64,000 bases of DNA from Eukaryota sp. GEM-RC1 (Eukaryota): positions 496,001 to 560,000 of the forward strand of contig JAUFOQ010000006.1 in the NCBI GenBank assembly GCA_040285855.1, written 5' to 3'. The position numbers were made by a program, and so were the translations under genes. The notes under the pieces are model-generated. The model made no database searches and was not told where the DNA came from. It worked only from the letters and a program-made list of their open reading frames with translations. The first letter of the stretch is position 1. Every line of letters begins with the position of its first letter. Shown one piece after another: positions 1-12,658 of the stretch.

Positions 1-12
1 ATTTGAGTTCTT

Positions 13-1328
13 CTATTTCTGAGTGTTGTTGATTGATGACATGTTGAAGGGCTCTACTTTCTTTTCCATTGATTTGTGTTTTGATTTAAAGAGTGCAATC
101 AATTCTGATTGTGATCTTTCTTGATTGACGTATGCCTTGAGTGTGGATTTTAACTGCTTCAATTGTTCATTTAATTCCACATTGGACTCCATCATCTCCT
201 TGATTTGACCTTCAGCTTCCGTTTTCAACTTGATTGCTGAATACATTTCTGACTGACACGTAGACAATTCCGATTGACACGAGTTCAATGATTGTTGCAC
301 CTGCTGAAGTTCTTTGAGGGTCGTCGTGGTAGTCGAAAATTGATCAGACAGTGATTGCTTAGATTCATTTCGTTCTAATCTCAACAAATCATTTTCTTCT
401 TTTAACTCTTGATTTGACTGTTCTAGATCGAGTAATCCTTGTCGTAAAGAGTCAATTTCCTTTTGAACCGATCACGAATCTTTTCGAGCGAGTTGATTTT
501 GGACTGATTATCAGAAAGTTGATCGGAGAGGCTACTGATTTCAGCTTTACATTTGTTACATTCTGTTTCAATAGCAAATTTCTCTCTCTTTGCTTCTGAA
601 ACTTCATCACGAAGCTTGTCACACTCACTATCAATTGATAGCTTTTGTTTGTTAATTTGAGAAAATTCATCGTTTAACTGTGAGATTTGATCTTCTAATT
701 TTGAATTTTGATTCAAAAGCTCACAATTGGTTTCCTTCTCCTTCAGCAACAAGTCATTCACCTCGTCATTTTGAGCTAAACTAACATCACGTTCCCGAGC
801 AACACGTGTGAGCTCTTCTTTGGTTTCACTCAACTGATGGATGACGTCATCAATCCTAGTCATCAAATCATGACATTCATTAGTTTTAGCAGAGGTCTCT
901 GCTTTAGACATTTCAACAACTTTCTTGTGTCCTTCATTTTCGAGCTCAAGGTTGTCAATGACACGGCGTTGTTCCTTTAGTTGGGTGGTTAGCTTTGAGT
1001 TTTCCCTTGATAGATGAGCAATGGTGCGTTCATTTTCAAGGAGGAAGCGTTGTTGGCTATTGATAGAGTCAGACTTAGCTAAGACAGCAGCATCGCGTTC
1101 AGATTTGGAGGTTGCAAGTGAGGCTTTGAGATCGCTGATGTCTGATTCTTTTTGAGATAGGTGATGTTGGAGAGTAGAGAGAGAATCTTCTAGTTTAGTG
1201 ATTTCTTTGTCTCGAGCTTCGATGACACTGATGTTGTGAACAAAATCTGATTCTAGTTGAGATAGTTTTTCTTGTAGAGTAAGAAGATCTTCATTAAGCC
1301 GAACAGCTTCTCGGCATCCACAACTCAT
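13..1328 (-). CDS. Long coiled-coil protein (ORFs 423-1328 and 13-387 probably one gene, frameshift near 420)
   Basis: Heptad-like E/K/L/Q/S-rich sequence in two consecutive same-strand ORFs; no family recognised. Confidence 0.55.
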
Positions 1329-1432
1329 TCATAAGAAGATGTATGAGGATGGAAATTCTTTGAATTCTGTCCATCACTGTTGTGTATAACTAGTCTCGTC
1401 TGTATTTCTTCTGTCTATATAAACAAGTAAAT

Positions 1433-1879
1433 ATGTATGACCATAATGATAGTCATGATTGTGAAGCAATGGATAATAGCTTTCTTGATTCTGATGACAG
1501 TCTTGCCTTTGACGAGTCAATAATGGCTCCTTCATCTAAGAACGAATACATCCTTTGGGAAGGGCGTCCCAATGTTGGCATATTTGGTTGGGTTTGTTTT
1601 GGTTTCTTCTTACTGTAGCCACTTCTGACCTATCGTTACATGTTAACAAACAAAATGTTCATAGCCAAAACTGGATGGCTCACACGATCTTACTCTGTTT
1701 TCCCCATTTCTCACATTGCTGGTGTTGAGATGGAATTACGATGTTGTTGTAATGGATCAGCCAACATCATTGTTTTCACAGTATCTCGTCGAAAACAGTA
1801 TCTCGTTATCCGTCGGGTTCGGAATCCATTACATGTTTTTAAATTATTCGAGAAAGCGATTTCAACGCGTACTGTATAG
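1433..1879 (+). pseudogene. Small PH-like (bPH_2-like) protein, frameshifted paralog of 21579-22020
   Basis: ILWEGRP...YRYMLTNKMFIAKTGWLTRSYSVFPISHI motif shared with the 21579 copy; frame break near 1610-1620. Confidence 0.5.
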
Positions 1880-2942
1880 TCGAAAATATTAATGGATCTT
1901 TAAACCATGTAGGACAAGCTGAGTTGTTTAAGATTGCAACAATGTTCACTAATTTGAAAACTGGTTCAACCCCTTTACTTTTCTTTTAAGACTTTCTTTT
2001 CTTATTTTACAGTACTACAGTGTAGCAAGTTGCAACAACAGATTCTCTGTGTTATATTGAACATATTGTCATTTTCATTGGATTTTTGGAAACAATTATT
2101 GTTAAAATCGGTAGTATTCTATATTTGTCATTGTAAGTAAAAGACCTTTTTTATTGTGGGTTCACTAAGTTTTTGATACTGTAAGTCCTCTAAATTCGTT
2201 GGAAAAGCAGGGTTGTCGTAACCAATATACGTGTTTTGGTGTCAGAATTCTTCGAGTGGTGTCATTGTTTTCGACAATCTTATTTGATAGAAAACATAAA
2301 CTGAAATAAGAAGAGACATCAAAAATATATTTATTCAAACATTTTACAGTTTTGTAATGAATATACATACTACTACATGTACTAGTAGTAGTATATTGTA
2401 GTTTTAATTTAAAACTATCGTTCATTGTCAACATGTGTTACATGTAACTGATAAACACATACCCAAAGCAATCCTAAAATGTACTTTTTAAATCAAGCTG
2501 AAAGTGTCACTATAATGTAGTTCCATTTGCCTTTTCAATTTTTGGTAACAATGACCTAGCCAGTTCATAAATACTGAATGATTTTGAGGGTGACTTCTAA
2601 TAGACAGTTTGTTATTGGCTATTGCGGTATAAATTGTATTTTCCCTCAATAGAAGCGTTTCCAAAGAGTTAAATTTATTCTAAGTTTTCTAGGGACAATT
2701 CCCATTGGGACATTTGCGCCTGTATTCATTCGCTAACATTCAGCAAATGTAAGAAAAGACATTGATGAACTCGTAAAACCAGTCGTAGTTGAGTATTTTG
2801 CACTGATTCACACTCTGGTTTTGTACGAATAAATCAATTGTTTCAAACAAATCAGCGATTTTTGGCAAATGGAGAAGTAATTATTATCATTAAATTATTT
2901 TCACAAAAAATTACATGATTACTTCATGATATAGCATTCGAT

Positions 2943-3155
2943 TAAGAATGCCGGCCGAACAGGCTAAAGCTCTGGTATCCATGACTATCGATTCAGACGG
3001 AATTCTGCATGTTGAGGTTGAAGATCAGCATGATAAATCCGATACTGCTAAAATTCGAATGGAAAAGTTGAGGAACCAGTTTCGATCCGCTAATAGTAAC
3101 GTACAAGTTGTTGGATACAGAAACATCATACGCAGCTTGTTTGCTCCACTTAGAC
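2943..3155 (+). pseudogene. Hsp70 C-terminal fragment (third partial copy)
   Basis: MPAEQAKALVSMTIDSDGILHVEVEDQHDK matches the C-terminus of the 12659-14289 Hsp70. Confidence 0.85.
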
Positions 3156-3343
3156 GATGTTTTTTTGGTATGTTAACAAAAAATTGCCAAGAAATTTCTG
3201 AGCACATGTCTTGTAGATAAATTGCACTTCTAGTTGGAACTGTTTTTATCGGTACTCAATGTTATAGCAATTTGTCACCAATCTATTTGCACAAATGTTC
3301 AGTGTGTGTTGTTCTTACAAGAGTATTGAAAAGTAGGTCAATT

Positions 3344-4751
3344 AAAAAAGAGAGAGATGTTTATTCGGCACCCAATAAGGTAACCTTCTACAAACTATGA
3401 AATTGTAAAAACAAACAAATAATACTAAGATTAAATCCAAACGACTTCATCACCACCCGGTAAAAGATTACGTGTATCTACATGAACCTTCACACCAAAC
3501 TTGTACAATTTCTCAATTAATCTAGAGAAATAGAAAGGCATATTCCGATATATGGAAAACACTATACGGTTTTTCCATTCAGCCATTCTAAACTTACGCT
3601 TCTTTTCTTTACACAATTCTTCGAAATCCTTGAAAAATTGATCACCAGCAGGACTAATAGATCCAAAAAGAGAAACAGCAAAGGTTGAAACACATATTTG
3701 GAATATGAGTTTCTATTTAATTCTTCTACTTGAGAGTCATACTTGGTGTGTTTGAGCTTTTCAGCTGCTGTTAATGGATTAAAAGAAGAATCTAATATCC
3801 TACTAACACAAGATTTGTTACATACATCTACTGTAGTAAAATTCATTAATGATTGACTCGATTTAAGCCACGGAGTATGTAGATCCCCTCGTTTTTGATC
3901 AGTAAATTCATTTTCTGAAAGATGATTCAAAACTGGTTCAACTTTAGAGTGAACACCATGTGCTTTAAACATGGAATAACAAGAATCACGTACACCATCA
4001 TGAATTACTGCACGGAGATGAATAAAATAACGACAATTAATTAAATGACGAAAAACACCATTAGCTCCACAAGAGCACGTTGAATAGTTTAATAAATTTG
4101 CAGGCCAAATAGCCAAACGAAGACGCATATTGATCATCCAAGCTTCATCAGATAGATGTAATCCATACACCTTTGGAATTTGAGAAATAAATCCAGAAGC
4201 TCCACTATTACAAAGATCGATTAAAAAAGCAGCGAACTCGGGACTATTAGTTTTAGCCAAGCTAATACGATTATTAAAGTCCAAGAGTTCAAACTCCTTG
4301 TCAATTTATTTTGCAGCTTACATACAGCAGATGGTAGAGATGAAATATTTTTAAAGGAGTCTCCTTCAAATGAGCAGGGAACAAAGATTCCCACATTTCA
4401 GGAGACAAAGATGATACCAAATCTTTAGCAGATTGAATCCAACGGCAATTACTGGAATTCAACAGATTGATTCCATCCAAGGGAAACCGTTTCAAAAATT
4501 CAAACATAAAATTCTTAACACCTCCTAAAAGAGCAGATTTTCTAATGATTTTTGCATGGGTAAACCTACTCCTGCGAATTCAGAAGAATAAAAAGCATGA
4601 AATGGAATCTTAGACTCATCAATTTCAGCCAAGTTAGAGAGAAAATTTGTTCTAATAGAATTAAATTTCTTGGCAAATGTTTCAGTAAGGGAATAGTCTA
4701 ATGAACGTAAAAAATGATTAATTTTCCCGGAAAAACAGACCTGAAGCATAA
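3344..4751 (-). mobile_element. 5'-truncated non-LTR retrotransposon with restriction-like endonuclease (CRE-like)
   Basis: CSCG..HLINC zinc finger, then HDGVRD, RGDL and AEKLKHTKY RLE motifs; 9-bp direct repeat AGGTCAATT at 3335-3343 and 4752-4760; empty site in the paralog at ~12470-12500. Confidence 0.85.
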
Positions 4752-4846
4752 AGGTCAATTTGTTTTTGTTTTTGAAAATATTCGAACATATAAAATAACC
4801 CTTTAACTACTAGTACTGTATTTACTACCAATTGAAGTGTTTGATC

Positions 4847-6608
4847 CAGTGATGCGAAAAAATTAATTTAATTATAATTAATTGAATTAATTCCCTGAGA
4901 ACTAATTAATTCTAGATGCTTAGAATTATAATTAATTAATTGTTACACCTTAGAATTAAAATTAATTAACGGAAATTAGTAGAATTAATTGTATAATTTC
5001 TTGTCAGCCATACTGGGTTACATACATGTAGTTGCAAAATACACGGACAAAAAAAATAATACAATACAGAATACAAAAAATACAGAATACAAAGATACAA
5101 TACAGATACAGAATACCAATACAATACAGAATACTGTATTAAGTGTATTTTTGATCTTGTAATTACAAGTATTACACTAAGTGTATTGAGTCCAACAATT
5201 GTAAACGTGATTGATCTTCAGGGTTATCAGGGTTTACCTCTTCAGTACGCATTCTTTATATTTATCAACCCAATTGCTCTGTCGATTCTAAAATGCACAG
5301 ACGGTTCAAATGTTCATTTGATCCACGGAAAGAACTGACGTGGAGTTATACAGTTATACAATGTGACTTTGGACACTTTTTGTCTCGTACATTAGTTGTA
5401 AATCGGCTTAATATACCGCTTGTAGGTTAAAAGGTCTAAAGTCGAAATCATAGTCTACAAAGACAACACATACTAGTACACCTTCAAAACAGGATCAATC
5501 TGAGTGTCGTGTAGCTCGTCTCATCATGGTTTTGAATCTTCATCACTCACTGACAGTAGTGAAACTAGATTGCACAACTTCAACTTTACATGGTTTGGTA
5601 TTTTTCAATTCTTTAGAACGAACATTATTAAGCGATTCTAAATATTTGTTACTTGACTTTGATCGGTGTTTCACTTTTTAGTCATCTAGCATGTGCTGCT
5701 GACGTACTGTACTGGAACATTTAGAAAATTCAGCAGACGATTGTACTAGTATTTCTGACAGTTGTTAAAATAATACATGGCCCAATTGTACCAAACAATA
5801 GCATAATTGATCAGCAAGATTCGCTGTCGAGTTTTTCGCTCATTTACTTCAGTCATTTTCATCAATGAACGGGATTTTCGGGCTGATAAAAAAATACAAA
5901 AAATACAAATACATAATACACTTTTCCCAGAAAAAATACAATACATAATACAAAAAAAATACAGAATACAAAAAAATACTGTATTTTGTATTTTACAACT
6001 ATGCTGGGTTATCGTCTCAATATTCAACAAGAAAGCATTGTCTATTTTTACATGTGTCGAACCACGATCTTCTAGTGCACATGAGAACCTTACAACTACA
6101 TAGTTTGATAGTGTTACAGTGGATACTTTTCAAACCTGGACTGCTAAATACCAGTAAACTGACGATATCATCAAACTTGCTTAGTTTACGAGATTCAAAA
6201 CGCAAACAAACTCCAAAACTGGACAATATAACTCGTTCCTGGTTTATTGTCATCATAATAGCATGTTATAGTAACTATGGGAATCATTCAGTTCTCTAAC
6301 GAAGCAATATTCCACCTCTGGAACCTGTTTTTCCGTACTTTGATGTAGTCAAATCAATTCTTTTAGGAACTGTCATAAGACAACGGTATCGAATTCACTA
6401 CCATTCACTTAAGATGGTAATTATGATTGATAGTATGTTGTATGTTATCGTATTGCTACTAAAGAATTTATTGCAATTAATTGCAATTAATTAATTGTGG
6501 GACCGGGGAATTAACATTAATTAATTTTAGGCCATATGAATTAAATTTAATTAATTGAGGGTGTCAAGAATTATTAATTTAATTTAAAATAATTTCTTCG
6601 CATCGCTG
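4847..6608. mobile_element. Non-autonomous hAT-type element
   Basis: TIRs CAGTGATGCGAAAAAATT / CAGCGATGCGAAGAAATT; 8-bp TSD GTTTGATC (4839-4846, 6609-6616); AATTAATT-rich subtermini; single GTTTGATC at the paralogous empty site ~12387-12394. Confidence 0.92.
5021..6003. mobile_element. hAT-type MITE nested in 4847-6608
   Basis: Perfect 8-bp TSD CTGGGTTA (5013-5020, 6004-6011); TIR CATAGTTGYAAAATAC, left copy interrupted by CATGTA; AATACA-type subterminal arrays. Confidence 0.88.
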
Positions 6609-6886
6609 GTTTGATCCCCAAAACATCGATGTCATCGTTTGAGTACTATATGTATTTAATTTTAGTGGTACTGTACTTCTGTTTTATTGGTTCTTTTACT
6701 AGAAACGTATTTATTGACCACAACAACAACAACACACGTTTTATTGGTCACCTTTAAGGTACCTCAATTACAGTATGTTACATCTAAAGTGGTCCAGTAC
6801 AGTAGTTCTGCATTGCGTCTTCTAAGAAACTACTGTACTACAAATAGCAGCAGTTTAACAAAAACGCGATTATTCTCTTTAACATC

Positions 6887-8716
6887 ATGGATTGTATCAT
6901 CTGTTTGGAACCATTCAATCTGTCTTCACGGCTTCCTCTGCTTATCTGTAGCGAAGGTCATACAGCCTGCGCTCAGTGCGCGTCCTCGTTGACAATATGC
7001 CCTCTTTGTCGAAGTCCTTGTTTAGCAGACAAAAAGCCGAACTTCGCTCTGCAAGATCTGATCAAGGCATCTCGTGACGGTGATCTATGTCCTCAAATTC
7101 CCTCGGATCAGATCCTTCTGGGAGAAAAAATCGCTGAAGGAGGATTTGCTATCCTGTATGCTGCTAAATGGATCGATATGCCTGTTGCTGTCAAGATGGT
7201 CTCTCTTACAGAAAAGGAAGGATCCGACTGCAATTGGAAATGAATCTTCTCTTCAATTTACAACATCCGTCCATTCTCCGCGTTTTTGGTCTCTCTTTCT
7301 TTGATGATACCATCGGCATTGTTATGGAAAAGGCGTCGTCTTCCCTCCCCCTCCCCAAGTTCTCTCTCCCCATTAACCTTGAGATACGCTAAGGAGTTGT
7401 GCTTAGCTGTTAAGTTCCTCCACCTAAAGTCCGTAGTTCATGGTGATTTGAAACCACTGAACATTCTTCTTGTTGATAACCAAATCAGAGTTGCAGATTT
7501 TGGGACTTCAAGAAACCTTGCCGCCACAAGCAGAGTAACCAGATCCAATGCTATGACTCCTAAGTATGCTGCCCCTGAGCAGTTCGATGCACCCCCTGGT
7601 CCTTGTAGTGATATTTACTCACTTGGATTGGTTTTGTATGAAGTTTTGACTGGAAAGGAAGCTTTTGATGGGTATCCAATGGTACAGTTGTATGGAGCTA
7701 AAGTGCAAGGAAAACCACTAGCTTTTAAATCATCAACTCCAAAGTCTTTGAAAGTCGTAATTTCAAACTGCTTGCATCCAGAACCTGCATTACGGCCTAA
7801 AATCAATGAAATAATTGACATTTTAAATAATCTTGATGTTGCCCAAGGCTCTGACAATTTAGCCTCAAGTAATCCTCCAACTAGTGAAATTGCAGAATAC
7901 AAGCGTCAAGTTGCAGAATTGTGTCTGCAAAATGAACAGTTGCAATCTGAAATCAATCATCTCAAGTCAGAATTCCTTAAATTGAATATTGCTAAGCCGA
8001 AGCAGAAGAAGTTAAAACAAAATGATGGAATCAATTTAAAAAATGTGGTAGATTTTAATCTTTTAACATCTCAGGTTAAAAAGGTTTTGCTTGGAATTGA
8101 ACAAAATTTAATTACAACAATAGATCTAGATAACTTTGGTAATGATGATCATATTGGTGATGATGGTGCAATTGCATTGGCTACGTTGTTGAGACAGAAC
8201 TATTCAGTTACTGGGATTGATCTTGGATGTAATTCTATTACATCTCGAGGTGTAATTGCTCTAGCAGAATCATTGAAAGTGAATTCTTCAATTACTGAAA
8301 TTAATCTTGGTTATAACTCTATTACAGCCGATGGAGCATTTGCTCTAGCAAAAATGTTGAAAGTGAATTCTACGATAACTAAAGTAAATCTAGAGAAAAA
8401 CTCTATTGGACCTGAAGGGGCAATTGCTTTGGCCGAAGCCTTGAAAGTTAATTGTTCTCTTCTTTGGATCAATCTGTGGGATAACTCAATTGGGAATCAA
8501 GGTGCTATTGCCTTGGCTACAGCTTTGAAAATGAACTGTACTCTGACTGAGGTACATCTATGGGATAACTGTATTGGAACTGAAGGTGCTATTGCGTTAA
8601 CTGAAGCTTTAAAGGTTAACTCTAAAGTTGCAGTGATTGATTTAGAGTTTAACACCATTGAGTTGGATATTCAAAAATACTCAAAGAAAATCTCACATGG
8701 CCGTATTAGGTTTTGA
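6887..8716 (+). CDS. RING finger - protein kinase - coiled coil - RNI-like LRR protein (~609 aa after correcting two indels)
   Basis: CIICLE..C.EGHTACAQC..CPLCR; VAVK, HGDLKPLN, DFG, APE; 28-aa LRRs NSIG.EGAIALAEALKVN; indels near 7215 and 7350 are absent from the second copy. Confidence 0.9.
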
Positions 8717-9565
8717 TAATTTGTGTTTGATGTAGAATATATTATTGTCTATCTATTTGTTGTAATTCAATTCTAATCTAAGTTACCGAGTACGGACTCG
8801 CATTTTGAACTGTCATTTTGGAGTACATTCTACGTTTACTAGTACATCATTGGTGCTAGCATCATAATGATACTTGTAACTCGGAAACATAGTAAGGTAC
8901 ACAACACACTGCCACACTTGTGTCACACGGATTACCTTTTGCCACACCGTGTGTTTGCATTAGACGTTTTTGAGTGAGGGTTTTTATCTAAGCTTTTTAA
9001 CTTACGAAGTCAAATGATTATCTCTAAAAGCTAAAGTAAACGGTTGAATTTGTCTGGACCAGACTAACAGGTCATGATATAAATTAGTCTGGATTTTGGT
9101 TTGGGAAAAGAATCATAGCAAACTCATATTCTTCATCATTATGCATCTCTAACATACTCATCATCACTATCTACATCACTTTTGGGCCAAATATCAGACT
9201 TTCTACCATTTCAATTATTGTTGATGGTTTGCAACGATTTCCTGTAGCTCAGGCTTCAACAAGTTGAACGGCAGGTATGTACACAGTAATGAGCAATAGG
9301 AGTTATCAAGCCGACGCGTGGACCTGCAGTTCGGCCCAGAACTAGATTGGGTCAAATTCTGCTGGCCGGAAGTTCATAACCGAACAAAGAGTAAATAATG
9401 GAAGGTCGGGACCCAGATGGTGGCATAGTGAATTATATCCAAAACCAACGTTTCATTCTTATTAAAAGTGCACTAAACCATTGATTTTTTTATTGTACAG
9501 AAATGCTACTATCACCAACGTTCTGAATCATAATTATATTTCACGATATTTATAAAAACAAATTA

Positions 9566-10288
9566 CAGTCACTACTACTAGTAGTATCAGGTTCCTGTAA
9601 TTTCAACCCCCATAATTTCAAGGTCCCAAAATGTTACACCCTTTTGATACCTCTAACATCAACTTTTCTCTAATATAACTGCTATCAGCTTCTAGAACTA
9701 CTTAAGTGCATCTTCTGGAACGTCGATATGAGTCTGCATGGAATTTCCTGTTTTCGAGCCTTTAGTGTTCTGATAGATATCTAAGTACTTTCTAGCTATG
9801 CTGATGATTATAGAGTCAGTTTGATGTTACATTGTGTGTCATAAATCGTGTTTTCGCGTTTGCCTGCGTTCCAACTGGTGGTTTTCTTCCACTCACTTAC
9901 ATCCCAAAATGAGCAACTATGAATCTCCAACGTCTTCTTCGTTGTTTTGGTAGTACTGTTGGTTACTTTTTTCCGCAAATCTTGCTAAACGTGGTCTGAA
10001 ACATGCAAAACTCAGCTCTACACGTTACGTTGATGAAGTCCACGGAAAAGGACATCATTGACACCCTTACGGACGACAAGATCAACGAGAAATCAACACT
10101 TATCGAATCAGTGCGATTCATGTGAAGGACTAAGCAATACAATGAAGAATTGGTGTTTTATTAGGTTACACAGAGACTACAGAGCGTATCATGAGTGAAA
10201 GTAGTTGAAAAGATGGAGAGATACTATAATTTCAGGGTTCCTGTAATTTCAGAGTCCGGATAGGGTTGAAATTATAGGAACCTGACTG
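9566..10288. mobile_element. Tc1/mariner-type MITE inserted at the TA after the stop codon of kinase-LRR copy 2
   Basis: TIR TCAGGTTCCTRTAATTTCAACCC at both ends; CAGT termini (left one interrupted by a TACTACTAGTAGTA palindrome); TA at 9564-9565, TT at the right end; flank TAATTTGT resumes the copy-1 3' UTR. Confidence 0.75.
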
Positions 10289-10290
10289 TT

Positions 10291-12118
10291 TCAAAACCTA
10301 ATACGGCCATGTGAGATTTTCTTTGAGTATTTTTGAATATCCAACTCAATGGTGTTAAACTCTAAATCAATCACTGCAACTTTAGAGTTAACCTTTAAAG
10401 CTTCAGTTAACGCAATAGCACCTTCAGTTCCAATACAGTTATCCCATAGATGTACCTCAGTCAGAGTACAGTTCATTTTCAAAGCTGTAGCCAAGGCAAT
10501 AGCACCTTGATCCCCAATTGAGTTATCCCACAGATTAATCCAGAGAAGAGAACAATTAACTTTCAAGGCTTCGGCCAAAGCAATTGCCCCTTCAGGTCCA
10601 ATAGAGTTTTTCTCTAGATTAACTTTAGTTATCGTAGAATTCACTTTCAACATTTTTGCTAGAGCAAATGCTCCATCGGCTGTAATAGAGTTATAACCAA
10701 GATTAATTTCAGTAATTGAAGAATTCACTTTCAATGATTCTGCTAGAGCAATTACACCTCGAGATGTAATAGAATTACATCCAAGATCAATCACAGTAAT
10801 TGAATAGTTCTGTCTCAACAACGTAGCCAATGCAATTGCACCATCATCACCAATATGATCATCATTACCAAAGTTATCTAGATCTACTGTTGTAATTAAA
10901 TTTTGTTCAATTCCAAGCAAAACCTTTTTAACCTGAGATGTTAAGAGATTAAAATCTACCACATTTTTTAAATTGATTCCATCATTTTGTTTTAACTTCT
11001 TCTGCTTCGGCTTAGCAATATTCAATTTAAGGAATTCTGACTTGAGATGATTGATTTCAGATTGCAACTGTTCATTTTGCAGACACAATTCTGCAACTTG
11101 ACGCTTGTATTCTGCAATTTCACTAGTTGGAGGATTACTTGAGGCTAAATTGTCAGAGCCTTGGGCAACATCAAGATTATTTAAAATGTCAATTATTTCA
11201 TTGATTTTAGGCCGTAATGCAGGTTCTGGATGCAAGCAGTTTGAAATTACGACTTTCAAAGACTTTGGAGTTGATGATTTAAAAGCTAGTGGTTTTCCTT
11301 GCACTTTAGCTCCACACAACTGTACCATTGGATACCCATCAAAAGCTTCCTTTCCAGTCAAAACTTCATACAAAACCAATCCAAGTGAGTAAATATCACT
11401 ACAAGGACCAGGGGTGCATCGAACTGCTCAGGGGCAGCATACTTAGGAGTCATAGCATTGGATCTGGTTACTCTGCTTGTGGCGGCAAGGTTTCTTGAAG
11501 TCCCAAAATCTGCAACTCTGATTTGGTTATCAACAAGAAGAATGTTCAGTGGTTTCAAATCACCATGAACTACGGACTTTAGGTGGAGGAACTTAACAGC
11601 TAAGCACAACTCCTTAGCGTATCTCAAGGTTAATGGGGAGAGAGAACTTGGGGAGGGGAGGGAAGACGACGCCTTTTCCATAACAATGCCGATGGTATCA
11701 TCAAAGAAAGAGAGACCAAAAACGCGGAGAATGGACGGATGTTGTAAATTGAAGAGAAGATTCATTTCCAATTGCAGTCGAACCCTTCCTTTTTCTGTAA
11801 GAGAGACCATCTTGACAGCAACAGGCATGTCGATCCATTTAGCAGCATATACGATAGCAAATCCTCCTTCAGCGATTTTTTCTCCCAGAAGGATCTGATC
11901 CGAGGGAATTTGAGGACATAGATCACCGTCACGAGATGCCTTGATCAGATCTTGCAGAGCGAAGTTCGGCTTTTGTCTGCTAAACAAGGACTTCGACAAA
12001 GAGGGCATATTGTCAACGAGGACGCGCACTGAGCGCAGGCGGTATGACCTTCGCTACAGATAAGCAGAGGAAGCCGTGAAGACAGGTTGAATGGTTCCAA
12101 ACAGATGATACAATCCAT
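10291..12118 (-). CDS. Second, inverted copy of the RING-kinase-LRR gene
   Basis: Near-identical to 6887-8716; its frameshifts (near 11415 and in the 5' region) are at different positions from copy 1. Confidence 0.9.
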
Positions 12119-12658
12119 GATGTTAAAGAGAATAATCGCGTTTTTGTTAAACTGCTGCTATTTGTAGTACAGTAGTTTCTTAGAAGACGCAATGCAGAAC
12201 TACTGTACTGGACCACTTTAGATGTAACATACTGTAATTGAGGTACCTTAAAGGTGACCAATAAAACGTGTGTTGTTGTTGTTGTTGTGGTCAATAAATA
12301 CGTTTCTAGTAAAAGAACCAATAAAACAGAAGTACCACTAAAATCAAATACTTATAGTACTCAAAAGATGACATCGATGTTTTGGGGATCAAACACTCCA
12401 ATTGGTAGTAAGTACAGTACATTTGTACTAGTAGTTGAAAGGATTATTTTATACGTTCGAATATTTTCAAAAACAAAAACAACGTAGGCCTACTTTTCAA
12501 TACTCTTGTAAGAACAACACACACTGAACATTTGGGCAAATAGATTGATGACAAATTGCTATAGCATTGAGTACCTAAAGAAAGTTCCAACAAGAAGTGC
12601 AATTTATCTACAAGATATGTAATCGGAAATTTCGTGGCAATTTTCTCTTAAAAAAACA

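Noticed and set aside
5746..6299. Short ORFs on both strands
   Set aside because: Translations of low-complexity MITE subterminal repeats
7615..7902. Antisense ORFs within long genes (also 11105, 23407, 35466, 50597)
   Set aside because: Shadows of real coding strands with no motifs of their own
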